A stretch of 64,000 bases of DNA from Candidatus Latescibacterota bacterium (GTDB lineage: Bacteria; Latescibacterota; UBA2968; UBA8231): positions 6,880,001 to 6,944,000 of the forward strand of contig OZ244561.1 of assembly GCA_965217585.1 (NCBI GenBank). The letters run 5' to 3'. Positions 1-9,134 of this stretch are shown one piece after another. Within the stretch, counting starts at the first letter, position 1; each line of letters begins with the position of its first letter. Below the pieces are notes generated by a model, which saw only the letters and a program-made list of their open reading frames with translations, had not been told where the DNA came from and ran no database searches. The position numbers and the translations under genes were made by a program.

Positions 1-1306
1 CAAAATTCAGACTTTTTCCCCGCTGGGACATGACACGCCGCATTTCTTCCTCTGGAAAATGATCAATATCCTCGCGTTGCATAGTATCTCGTAGTGCTGT
101 GAGCAAGGTATCAAGACCACTACCCCAGACGCCTGACTTCAGACGGGAGAGCATGAGCCAACCGCGAATGGCGGCGCGATCATCAGCAAACTTTCCGTGT
201 GTGACAAAATTCTCTGGGCAATTCCTCCGGTAGAGATAGTACGCAATCGGCAACAATGAACTTGCTGCTCCGATCGTATCGCGATTGTATCCGAAACTGG
301 CCGCAAGTTCGACAGTTCTAATCAAGGCACTGCGGATTTTCTGCCAGTTTTTTTCGAGCTTCTTCATGTTATCGTGGGTGAAGTTTTCGACCTTGAAACC
401 GACGCTTGCTATATCAGTCAGCATGAGTCCGGCCTTCAGAACGAAGTCCTTCGAGAAGTCGAAGCGATTGCTATTGCCAATCCAATTCATTTCGTCCACT
501 AGTTCGTGTACTGCCTTGCGCGCGTCGCCCTTCCATTGTGCTGTGGCAATGCTGAGCAAGAGATCGGAGTAGGAAAGGACGGTACCTCCGCTGTTGCGAC
601 GAATGAAAATGTGAAGGACGCGATCGAGATCTTGTTCCGTCTCCTCAAAGAAAAAGATCGTCGGATCGACGGTGACGACCCTATGCAATCGGTCCAAGAT
701 GCGGTAGGCAATTCTGTGCTGGTTGTTATCGAGATTCTTATCGAGTATCCAGTCAGTCATATCCAAGCCGCCTTCAAAATCCATGATGTCGGAAACCCGA
801 AACCAGAGTTCGTCGCCGGTCCGCCCAATCCGATCCTCGTTGATGAATGCAAAGACGTACTGACTGCCTTCCTCATCCAATTCTCCATGTGCCAGAAGGT
901 CCAGCGCAAGGACACGGCGTGGAAACGCATCTGGATTGTTCCACCACCTATAGGGCAGCTTTGTCGCCATTGATCCACGCAGACCGATATTGAATGCGGT
1001 CAAGCGTTGCTGACCATCGAGAACCGCCGTCAATGGTTGGTCGCGCAGGATGCCAAGATCGGGGCAATGCGGGTCGCGCTCATCGTAATCGCGAACGAAT
1101 CCATAGTAGCGATAGCGTGCGGCATTCTCGGCTTCGACGCTCCAGAATAGGAATTCTCCGAAGGGATAGCCCTGCATCACACTATCGAACAGCTTACAAA
1201 CTTGATCCGGCAGCCAAACGAACTCCCTTTGGATCGCAGGCAAGACGTATTCGTTCCTCGCGATACGGTCCACTACTTGCTTGATCGTTCCTCCTTGCTG
1301 GTACAT
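1..1306 (-). CDS. DUF262 (ParB-like) domain protein, GmrSD-type modification-dependent restriction family; 3' end lies beyond window edge
   Basis: Absent from ORF track (open at edge). Hand translation of several segments from ATG at 1306: MYQQGGTIKQVVDRIARNEYVLPAIQREFVW...VLDGQQRLTA...IFIRRNSGGTVLSYSDLLLS, i.e. the QR, DGQQR and FxxxN motifs of DUF262. Still open at positions 60-2. AT-richer than neighbours. Confidence 0.85.
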   Translation of the reverse strand, partial: MYQQGGTIKQVVDRIARNEYVLPAIQREFVWLPDQVCKLFDSVMQGYPFGEFLFWSVEAENAARYRYYGFVRDYDERDPHCPDLGILRDQPLTAVLDGQQRLTAFNIGLRGSMATKLPYRWWNNPDAFPRRVLALDLLAHGELDEEGSQYVFAFINEDRIGRTGDELWFRVSDIMDFEGGLDMTDWILDKNLDNNQHRIAYRILDRLHRVVTVDPTIFFFEETEQDLDRVLHIFIRRNSGGTVLSYSDLLLSIATAQWKGDARKAVHELVDEMNWIGNSNRFDFSKDFVLKAGLMLTDIASVGFKVENFTHDNMKKLEKNWQKIRSALIRTVELAASFGYNRDTIGAASSLLPIAYYLYRRNCPENFVTHGKFADDRAAIRGWLMLSRLKSGVWGSGLDTLLTALRDTMQREDIDHFPEEEMRRVMSQRGKSLNF

Positions 1307-1427
1307 GCCTTCTTTACCTCCTTCTCTCAGATCTAACACATGCAGATATTTGTTTCGGTCAAAACCGTTGACCAAGAGGGCACGACAAAATATAACTCCG
1401 TCGCAATGCGTCCTCCAAAGGTCATCT

Positions 1428-2543
1428 TCATTCGTTCAATTCCCGATTTTCAGGAATGAGGGGCAACACCTCGCGCAGCACCTTCGCCAAGGCTTGCCGC
1501 TCGGCGGCTGGTCCCACGGTTAGGCGGATGCAGCGGTCGAGCGGGGCCACGCCCGGCATCCGCACGAAGATTCCGTGCTGCAAAAGTACCTGCATCAGGT
1601 ACCGCGCACGCTCGCCACTGCCCACGTCGAGCGCCACGAAATTAGTCGCCGAGGGCACCGTTTTCAGTCCCAATTCCGCTGCCAGAACCCCGTACTCCCG
1701 CCGACCTTCCTCTACTTGCCGTACCACCGAGCGCACGAACTCGTCGTCGCCCAGCGAAGCAAGCGCCCCAGCCTGGGCAATGCGGTTGACGCCAAAGTGA
1801 TTGCGAACCTTGTCGAGCGCGGCCACTAAGTCGCGGTGCGCCAGCGCATAGCCGACTCTAGCTCCGGCCATGCCGTGCGCCTTGGAAAACGTCCGCAGCC
1901 GCACCACCTGGGCCCGCTCTGTGTCCAGCGGCAGATGCGCATCCGCGGGCGCGAAGTCGATGTACGCTTCGTCGAGCAGCAACACACAGCCCGGCGGCAA
2001 CTCCGCGATAAAATCCCGCAACTCGTCGGCCCGCTGATAGGTGCCCATGGGGTTGTCGGGATTGGCCACGTAAAGCAGCTTGGGATGCACTTGCCACGCC
2101 TTGGCCAACAGGGCCGGCAAATCCTCCCGATCCGCGCGATAGGGCACCTTGTGCAATATCGCCCCGTGCCCCTCGACATGATAGTTGAACGTGGGATAGG
2201 CCCCCAGCGACGTCACTACCGAGTCGCCCGGCTCGGCAAAGAGGCGCACCAAAAGCCCCAAGAGTTCATCAATGCCCGCGCCCAAGACGACCTCTTCCCG
2301 CGCCACCCCGTGCCGCACCGCCAGCGCCGAGCGTAGCTCGTATCCCTCCGGGTCGTTGTACCAATGCACTTGATCCACCGCCTCCACCATGGCCTGCCGC
2401 GCCCGCGGCGAGATCCCGAAATTGCTCTCATTGGCCCCAACCCGCAGAGCGAGCGGCTGCCCCTGCTGCCTTTCTAATGCCTCGGGCGGCACAAAGGGAA
2501 CGGTCGGCGGCAAGGCGCGGACGATGTGCGTGAACGGCAACAC
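1428..2543 (-). CDS. hisC: PLP-dependent class I/II aminotransferase, histidinol-phosphate aminotransferase family
   Basis: GANES, ANPDNPMG, DEAY, LRTFSKAHGMAGARVGY motifs. Substrate not proven. Confidence 0.8.
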   Translation of the reverse strand: MLPFTHIVRALPPTVPFVPPEALERQQGQPLALRVGANESNFGISPRARQAMVEAVDQVHWYNDPEGYELRSALAVRHGVAREEVVLGAGIDELLGLLVRLFAEPGDSVVTSLGAYPTFNYHVEGHGAILHKVPYRADREDLPALLAKAWQVHPKLLYVANPDNPMGTYQRADELRDFIAELPPGCVLLLDEAYIDFAPADAHLPLDTERAQVVRLRTFSKAHGMAGARVGYALAHRDLVAALDKVRNHFGVNRIAQAGALASLGDDEFVRSVVRQVEEGRREYGVLAAELGLKTVPSATNFVALDVGSGERARYLMQVLLQHGIFVRMPGVAPLDRCIRLTVGPAAERQALAKVLREVLPLIPENRELNE

Positions 2544-2546
2544 GGA

Positions 2547-3374
2547 TTAAGACCACACGTAGATTTCGTCGTCGTCTTCGGCATAGCCAATGAAGACGGC
2601 GAGCACCACTCGCGGATCGTCCCCCTGCACCGCTGGGACCTCGTGAATGCAGCGCGTATTGAAGAAATACAGATCGCCCGGCTCAAGCGAGACCTCGCAG
2701 TGCTCCACGCCGTGTGCGGCTGCATACTCGTGAAAACGGCCCTCGGCGATATACGGCTGTATCTCCTCGGTCCACAAGCAACGGTGCAACACAGCCTGCA
2801 CCCCGGGACCCGCAGAATCCGCGTTCTGCACGCACAACACGCCGGCAAATTGGTGGGTAAAGCGCGCCACCTCGTAGTCGAATCGCTTTTCGCGCAGGAC
2901 CACGTGGTCGATGTGCGGACTATAGGAGTGGGTCTCGTAGTGGATGCGAAAGATGGCCGGTCCATACAAGCGTCCGTTTCGCTCGCGCGCCGTTTTAACC
3001 GCCTTGTCGGGGGCCAACGCCTGCAAGTGCCGATAGAGCAGTTGTACCGGATCGAGCAAACCCTCAAAAAGGGTGGCAAAAAGCGCCTGCGTCTCCTCCG
3101 CATCAGCCAAGAATGCCTCTTGGTCGCCACCCAAGTTGCCGAGGCTAGTGCCAATGTCGATGCGCGAGCGCTCGTCACCCGAGGCGCGCAGCAACCCGCC
3201 CTCGCCAAAGCGTTTCATCAGCCGCTGGCAATCGGCTGGCGTGCAGACTTGGGGCAGCAGGATCGCCGGTATATCCGCCCGAGCCAAGGCGCGGAGCGGG
3301 TCGGCGCACTCGTCCGGCCCCACGGGCCGCCACAATGCACTCGCGGCGTTTTCTTCGTACGTTGTTCTCTGCAA
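2547..3374 (-). CDS. 2OG-Fe(II) oxygenase superfamily protein
   Basis: HxD (PHID), distal H (CIHEV) and R (PRVV) in a DSBH-type pattern (LEPGDLYFFN). Start uncertain (TTG only 14 bp from the divergent gene's ATG). Confidence 0.7.
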   Translation of the reverse strand: MQRTTYEENAASALWRPVGPDECADPLRALARADIPAILLPQVCTPADCQRLMKRFGEGGLLRASGDERSRIDIGTSLGNLGGDQEAFLADAEETQALFATLFEGLLDPVQLLYRHLQALAPDKAVKTARERNGRLYGPAIFRIHYETHSYSPHIDHVVLREKRFDYEVARFTHQFAGVLCVQNADSAGPGVQAVLHRCLWTEEIQPYIAEGRFHEYAAAHGVEHCEVSLEPGDLYFFNTRCIHEVPAVQGDDPRVVLAVFIGYAEDDDEIYVWS

Positions 3375-3388
3375 ATCTACAAGCTCCT

Positions 3389-4408
3389 ATGGATAGCGTT
3401 ACGCAAATCGCGCTCGGTGCAGCCGTCGGCGAAAAGGTCTTAGGCAAAAAGGTTGGCAACAAGGCCCCCCTGTGGGGTGCGGCCGTGGGCATCCTCCCAG
3501 ACCTCGACGTGTTGGGCGCGGCCTTTCTGTCGGGGACGGCCCAACTGGGCGTTCACCGCTGGGTGTCGCACTCCCTGCTCTTTGCGGTGGTCGGTGGCCT
3601 CGGGGTGGGATGGACGCTGTCCAAGCTACACCGGGGCGCGACTTGGCGCGAGTGGGCCGCGCTGGCGTTCTGGGCGATTTTCACGCACACCCTCCTCGAC
3701 TGCTTCACCGGGTACGGCACCCAATTGTTCAGTCCGTTCAGCAACTACCCGGTCGCCTTCAGTGCCATCTTCGTCATAGACCCGCTCTATACCCTGCCCT
3801 TAGCCATTGGCCTCATCGCCGCCCTGTGCCAGCGGCAACTGCACTGGCGGCGGCGGCTCAACGCGCTGGGCCTGTGCTTGAGCACGGCGTACTTGCTCGT
3901 TACCAGCGCGATTTGCCTGCACGTGCGCAGCACCTTTGCCCATGCCCTCGCGGACCAAGGCATTGCCTACGAGCGCTTGTACGTCGCGCCGACCCCGTTC
4001 AACGCCGTGCTGTGGTCGGGCTTGGCCGGCGCGGACGACCACCTGTGGGCCGGACTGTACTCCCTGCTCGACGACGACTCGGCGATCCGCTTCCGCCGCA
4101 TCGAGCGCAACACCCACCTCATCGCCCCCCGGCGCGACGACCCGCCCGCCCAGCGCCTGTTCTGGTTTTCGCGCGGGTACTATCAGGTGGAGCGCCGCGA
4201 CGACGCGCTTTACTTCTACGACCTGCGCTTTGGCCGCTCCGACTTCTATCTCGACTCCACCGGTGCCTACTTCTTCACGTTCCGCCTGTTGCCGGACCCG
4301 TCCCATCCCGAGCGCATCGCCGACCTCCAGCGCATCAACAACCCGTTCGACACCCAGCGCACCGACCAAGCCCTAAAGCGGCTCTGGGACCGTCTAACCG
4401 GAGACTAA
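3389..4408 (+). CDS. Membrane-bound metal-dependent hydrolase (YdjM-like family)
   Basis: MDSVTQ..G start, LPDLD, HRxxSHS, THTLLD..TGYGT, DLRFG motifs. Start moved to ATG 3389. Confidence 0.85.
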   Translation: MDSVTQIALGAAVGEKVLGKKVGNKAPLWGAAVGILPDLDVLGAAFLSGTAQLGVHRWVSHSLLFAVVGGLGVGWTLSKLHRGATWREWAALAFWAIFTHTLLDCFTGYGTQLFSPFSNYPVAFSAIFVIDPLYTLPLAIGLIAALCQRQLHWRRRLNALGLCLSTAYLLVTSAICLHVRSTFAHALADQGIAYERLYVAPTPFNAVLWSGLAGADDHLWAGLYSLLDDDSAIRFRRIERNTHLIAPRRDDPPAQRLFWFSRGYYQVERRDDALYFYDLRFGRSDFYLDSTGAYFFTFRLLPDPSHPERIADLQRINNPFDTQRTDQALKRLWDRLTGD

Positions 4409-5614
4409 CCCCCACGCCTGATCGATGTCGCGCTGGTACCCATCAACTTTGCCCGCCAGCACATCGGCGACCTGTACCACCTGCCCGGACTGGCCGGATT
4501 CGTAGATAGCCTCACTGACAGCCTTGCTGCGCAAACCTTCCTCCGCGTCGATTTCTACCGGCCGCCCCTCGCTCAACGCGTCGATAAAATCCCACAATTC
4601 CAGCGTCACCCCACCAGTGATCCCATACGGGAAGAGCGCGTCCTTTTCCTCCTCGCTCAGGGTCGCCAAATACATCTCCTGCAGCTCGGACATGCTGTGC
4701 GCGGTCCCGTCGGCGAGCTGGCACTCGCCATTGGCCTGAAAGGCCGCCGGGTGGAAGATGTCCGTGTCGATGATTGACCCCTTCTCGCCACTCAGCGTCA
4801 GTTGGGTAAAGCCCTTGCCCGGCGCACTGATCGTCCACGACCAGGTGCCGATCAAGCCGCTTTTGAAGTTGAATATGCTGGTCCAAAAGTCCTCGGACGC
4901 ACTATCGACAATTTCCTCGCCTTGGCGATGGGGGCGCGGGTAGATCTGCTCAACCCGGGCGTACACGCTTTCGATCTCGCCAAACCAATAGCGCATGGTG
5001 TCAACCCAGTGTGCCCCGCTGTCCATGACCATGCCGCAGCCACCCAGTTTGCGATCAATGCGCCAGTGCCAATTGGGCACTTGGGTCGGATCGTTCCACC
5101 CCGCCTGCACGGCCCACCACATTTTCGGCGCGCCCAACAGGCCATCGTTGAAGGCCCAGTGGATGGTGCGCTGGCCCAAGGCGCGGCGGCACTGCTCAGC
5201 CGTGGCGGCGACCCGTCCACAGCGCTGCGCCGTCTGCGCGATCTTCTTCGAGGCCCGCACCGTGACGCCAATCGGCTTTTCGACCAGCACATGGACCCCA
5301 CCCTCTAGCAGTTCGCAGGCCAGTACGTGGTGCAAACCGTGCGGGCTGCATATATCGGCCCCATCGAGCGCGTCTTCCCCGGCGAGCAGTGCGGCCACGC
5401 TCGTATAGGTATTGACCTCCCAGCCAGCAAATCCGTTGATCCGCGTGGCAAACTCCTCGGCGCGCGCGGGCACCTCATCTACGGCCGCGACAATGCGGAA
5501 TCGCGTCTCGCCCTTTTCCAACAGCTCTTCGTATCCCCGCAAGTGCGCCCCGGCCATGCCGCCACAACCTACCATCGCCAATTGGACGACCTCGCCCTTC
5601 TTCGTTGTGCTCAT
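4394..5614 (-). CDS. Gfo/Idh/MocA family oxidoreductase
   Basis: VGCGGMA Rossmann motif, HVLVEKP, MDSGAHWVD. GGAGG RBS before ATG 5614. Confidence 0.9.
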   Translation of the reverse strand: MSTTKKGEVVQLAMVGCGGMAGAHLRGYEELLEKGETRFRIVAAVDEVPARAEEFATRINGFAGWEVNTYTSVAALLAGEDALDGADICSPHGLHHVLACELLEGGVHVLVEKPIGVTVRASKKIAQTAQRCGRVAATAEQCRRALGQRTIHWAFNDGLLGAPKMWWAVQAGWNDPTQVPNWHWRIDRKLGGCGMVMDSGAHWVDTMRYWFGEIESVYARVEQIYPRPHRQGEEIVDSASEDFWTSIFNFKSGLIGTWSWTISAPGKGFTQLTLSGEKGSIIDTDIFHPAAFQANGECQLADGTAHSMSELQEMYLATLSEEEKDALFPYGITGGVTLELWDFIDALSEGRPVEIDAEEGLRSKAVSEAIYESGQSGQVVQVADVLAGKVDGYQRDIDQAWGLVSG

Positions 5615-5672
5615 TTCTGCCTCCACAGGTTGTATGTAGCCCTATTATATCGCAAAGGAATAAGGCACTCAA

Positions 5673-6524
5673 TCACCACCCCAGCACCTCCGTCAAAAAC
5701 GCCTCCACCCCGGCCTCATACGTGGCTGCATCCTCGCTAAAGGCCGAGCTGTGTCCACCCCGTAGCTCCGTAAACGCCTTGGGCTGGCTGGCGGCCTCGT
5801 ACAGCCTCTGGCCATGCTCGAATACAATAAACATGTCGTCGCGGCTGTGGCTCACTAGCACCGGGCATTGTACCTGCTTTAGGTACTCCAGCGTGGGATA
5901 CTTATAGCGGGCGAGCAAGCCGACCGGAAAGATCGGATACAGATCTCGGCCCAGCTCAGGTACGGAAGTAAAAGTCTCCTCCAAGAACAGGGCGGCTGGC
6001 GTCTTGTCCCGCGCCAGCCGCGCGGCGATTGGCCCGCCCAGCGAGCGGCCGATAATTGCAATCTGATCTGGGGCTAGCCCGGCCTCTTGCACCAAGTAGT
6101 TCCAAGCCGCCTCGGCATCGCGGTGCGTACCTTCCTCAGAGGGCGTGCCCTCGCTCTGGCCATAGCCGCGATAGTCAAACAGCAAAATTCCCAAGCCCAA
6201 CCGGTGCGCGTCCTCGGCCACTCCGAGCAGATGCGAGATGTTGCCCGCATTGCCGTGGCAAAAAAGCACCGTGCCCCGAGCGTCGGCCAACGGCAGGTAC
6301 CACCCGGTCAGCCGCACTCCGTCGCTAGCGACTAGCGCGACTTCTTCGTAGTGCATCCCGACCGCGGCCGGCGTGGTCTTGATCGCGGCCCCGGGCACGT
6401 AGACCAGCCTGCTCTGGAAGATGTAGAGCGCAATCCCAGCCAAGACATAGAGCACCCCAACCAGCAGCACAATTCCCAGCACAAGGCGTCCTATGCTACA
6501 ACCAATGAGTGGTATAAAGGGCAT
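5673..6524 (-). CDS. Alpha/beta hydrolase (BEM46/ABHD-like) with N-terminal membrane anchor
   Basis: HGNAGN, FDYRGYG, GRSLGG nucleophile motif, HSRDD, GGH. GGAGG RBS before ATG 6524. Confidence 0.88.
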   Translation of the reverse strand: MPFIPLIGCSIGRLVLGIVLLVGVLYVLAGIALYIFQSRLVYVPGAAIKTTPAAVGMHYEEVALVASDGVRLTGWYLPLADARGTVLFCHGNAGNISHLLGVAEDAHRLGLGILLFDYRGYGQSEGTPSEEGTHRDAEAAWNYLVQEAGLAPDQIAIIGRSLGGPIAARLARDKTPAALFLEETFTSVPELGRDLYPIFPVGLLARYKYPTLEYLKQVQCPVLVSHSRDDMFIVFEHGQRLYEAASQPKAFTELRGGHSSAFSEDAATYEAGVEAFLTEVLGW

Positions 6525-6604
6525 CAGTATCAAGTCCTCCGACTGAGTAGAAAATGGAAAGTGCCCGTCCACTCCCAATGAGGACACTCGCCACTGGCGA
6601 TTTA

Positions 6605-6652
6605 TGTTATAATTGGAATTATTGACATACCTAAGACAAAAAATGCTAATTT
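6605..6652 (+). promoter_or_regulatory. Putative sigma-70 promoter(s) for the 6690 gene
   Basis: Perfect extended -10 TGTTATAAT at 6605-6613, and TTGACA at 6622-6627 followed by TGCTAATTT at 6644-6652, in an AT-rich divergent intergenic region. Confidence 0.5.
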
Positions 6653-6689
6653 AGGATCTAAATACCTAATCCCACCCCGAAAGATCCCC

Positions 6690-9122
6690 ATGCCTATCGG
6701 CATCTTATTTGCCCTCGCCCTTGGTTTTGCCACTGTCGCACTCGCCCAAGACGAAGGCTACCCAGCCGGAACGCTAGTCCCCGCAGTCGATCTGGGCTTG
6801 CAGCCGACCCCGCTCATTGTACCCGAGTCCTTTCGCGGTGCCGTACCCCAAGACTTGATGCTCAACCTTCCCCCTGGCTTCTCGGCCCACGTCTTCGCCC
6901 ACGAGGGGCTACGCAAACCCCGCTTTATGGCCTTTGACCCCAATGGCGTGTTGCACGTGGCCAACATGGGTGCCAGCCAGATCGTCGCCCTGCCAGATCG
7001 CGACCGCGATGGCGTCGCCGACGAGCGCATCGTCGCCCTGCGCGGCCTTGAAGAAGCCCATAGCCTATTGTTCTACAAAGACGCTCTATATATAGCTGAA
7101 GAACATCAAGTCATCCGCGTGCGCGACACCGACGGCGACCTAGTGTACGAGCAAGAAGAAGTCGTCCTGCCCGACGTTCCTTGGGGAGGTTGGCACGATA
7201 CTCGCACTCTCGTCGTCGATCACCACAACGACAAAATGTATCTGTCGGTCGGCTCACCCTGCGACCTGTGCCGCATGGACGAAGGCTTTCAGGTGGTCGG
7301 CAACACCACCAACCCAGTGCCCCACCACCCCGAGCGCGGCACCATCCTGCAATTCAATCCCGACGGCAGCGGCCGCCGCATCTTTGCCACGGGCATTCGC
7401 CACGTCATCGGCATGGACTTCCACCCGCAGACCAATGCGCTGTGGGCCAACCACAACGGTCACGATCTCGAAGGCCGCACTCGTCCGCCTGAGTGGATTG
7501 ACATCATCGGCGACCAAGACTTTATGGGCTATCCTTTGGTCCACAGCCACCAAGTCTGGAGCGACTTTACCATTGATGGCTACGAAAAAGTACTGCCCAT
7601 CACCCGCGATGACAGCCTCCTCGTCGCCAACCAAAAGCGCCCGGTAGCCTTGGTGCCGGCCCACTACGCGCCGATGGGCCTCCACTTCTACACCGGCGAC
7701 CAGTTCCCCACCCGCTACCACAACGCCGCCTTCGTCGCCTTCCGCGCCGGCAAAGCCAAGCTCTCGTCGCACCCCGGCTACTTAGTGGCCGCCCTCTTTA
7801 GCCAACCCGATGGCAGCAACGCCCGCATGGGCAGCTTTATCACCGGCTTCCAGGCCGGGCAGACCCAAGGCGATGTCTGGGGCTTTCCCGTCGGGCTTGC
7901 CACCGACGCCGCGGGCAGTCTATACGTCACCAGCGATAACCGCAATGACCTCGTCATCAAGATCACCTACAGCCCCATCGGCGGCTCGTGGGAACACCAA
8001 ATGCCCGACACCCTGTCCATCGGCGGTGCGCTCCAAGTCCGCGCTACGGTACGCGTCGAACGGCTCGTTCCCGACGGCGGACCGCCTCGCCTGACCGCGG
8101 ACCTAAGCTCCTTGGGCGGTCCGGCAGCCTTGCCGCTGGTCGCCCTCGACGACCAGACCTACCAGCTCGACACCCGCCTAGAGACCGCCCACTTGCCCAA
8201 GGGCTTCTACGAAGTGATCGTGCGTCTCGAACAGGAAATCGACGGCGTCTTCAAGGGCTTCGATTTCATCCACCCAATCACCCTCCTGCCACCGGATTTG
8301 TCCGTCTTCGACGAGAGCATAGCTGCCGACTGGCAGTTGGTCGGCGACAGCGGTGCCCAAGTGCAGGTCACAGGCGATGGCCCCATCTTCTACGGCACCC
8401 GCGTCGCTGCCGTCGAGGCGGAGCCCAAAAACTTCTACACCCCGTGGGCCATCGAATTCCGTCCAGACGCGCCCGTTGATCCCCTCGGTTTTGCCGGCGT
8501 GCGCTTTGCCTTCCATCCCGGCGACAGCGAGCTGCCCACCTTTCCTATCTTCGTCCTCTTTATCGACGACATTGGTGTGGATTTGGCGCGCGATCCCGAG
8601 CAGTTTCAAATCGATTTTTCGCGCCGCGAGTGGCAGGTCCTAGAAATCCCCTTTACGGCCTTCGACCAGCCCAATTACTACGGTCCCGGCCTCCGCGACC
8701 AAGTGGACTGGATTGACGCCCTCCGCTTTGAGGGCAATATGACGGGTACCTTCTATTTGGACGATGTGCGCCTAGTGACGCGCATCCCGTCCGGGCCGCA
8801 CGTGCCGACGGCCGTCGCCGAAGTATTCAGCACGGACCAACCTGACGCCTTCGTCCTCGCCCAGAACGTCCCTAACCCCTTCAACAGTACCACCGCCCTC
8901 CACTTCGCACTGCCGCAAGCAGCCGACATCGAATTGACCATCTACAACCTCGCCGGCCAAAAGGTCGCCCACCTCGCACGCGGCTGGCACGCAGCCGGGC
9001 ACTACACTACCCATTGGGACGGGCGCAACGACGCTGGCGTGCGCTTGGCCACTGGTGTTTACATCTATCGCCTGCACGCTGGTGAGCAGGTCCAGGTGCG
9101 CAAGTTGCTCTTGTTGCGCTGA
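6690..9122 (+). CDS. Secreted PQQ-dependent sugar/sorbosone dehydrogenase-like beta-propeller protein with C-terminal FlgD-Ig/T9SS-type sorting domain
   Basis: Signal peptide; LPPGF, DRDRDGVAD, VSVGSPCD, ATGIRH, PAHYAPMGLHFY; C-terminus LAQNVPNPFN...WDGRNDAG...GVYIYRL...RKLLLLR. Confidence 0.85.
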   Translation: MPIGILFALALGFATVALAQDEGYPAGTLVPAVDLGLQPTPLIVPESFRGAVPQDLMLNLPPGFSAHVFAHEGLRKPRFMAFDPNGVLHVANMGASQIVALPDRDRDGVADERIVALRGLEEAHSLLFYKDALYIAEEHQVIRVRDTDGDLVYEQEEVVLPDVPWGGWHDTRTLVVDHHNDKMYLSVGSPCDLCRMDEGFQVVGNTTNPVPHHPERGTILQFNPDGSGRRIFATGIRHVIGMDFHPQTNALWANHNGHDLEGRTRPPEWIDIIGDQDFMGYPLVHSHQVWSDFTIDGYEKVLPITRDDSLLVANQKRPVALVPAHYAPMGLHFYTGDQFPTRYHNAAFVAFRAGKAKLSSHPGYLVAALFSQPDGSNARMGSFITGFQAGQTQGDVWGFPVGLATDAAGSLYVTSDNRNDLVIKITYSPIGGSWEHQMPDTLSIGGALQVRATVRVERLVPDGGPPRLTADLSSLGGPAALPLVALDDQTYQLDTRLETAHLPKGFYEVIVRLEQEIDGVFKGFDFIHPITLLPPDLSVFDESIAADWQLVGDSGAQVQVTGDGPIFYGTRVAAVEAEPKNFYTPWAIEFRPDAPVDPLGFAGVRFAFHPGDSELPTFPIFVLFIDDIGVDLARDPEQFQIDFSRREWQVLEIPFTAFDQPNYYGPGLRDQVDWIDALRFEGNMTGTFYLDDVRLVTRIPSGPHVPTAVAEVFSTDQPDAFVLAQNVPNPFNSTTALHFALPQAADIELTIYNLAGQKVAHLARGWHAAGHYTTHWDGRNDAGVRLATGVYIYRLHAGEQVQVRKLLLLR

Positions 9123-9134
9123 GCGTCTAAACCC

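Noticed and set aside
285-1284. Plus-strand ORFs 285-572, 506-973 and 994-1284
   Set aside because: Antisense shadows of the DUF262 gene with no motifs.
2526-4509. Long alternative ORFs 2526-3443 and 3472-4509
   Set aside because: Overlap motif-bearing genes; antisense or Arg/Pro-rich off-frame translations typical of high-GC DNA.
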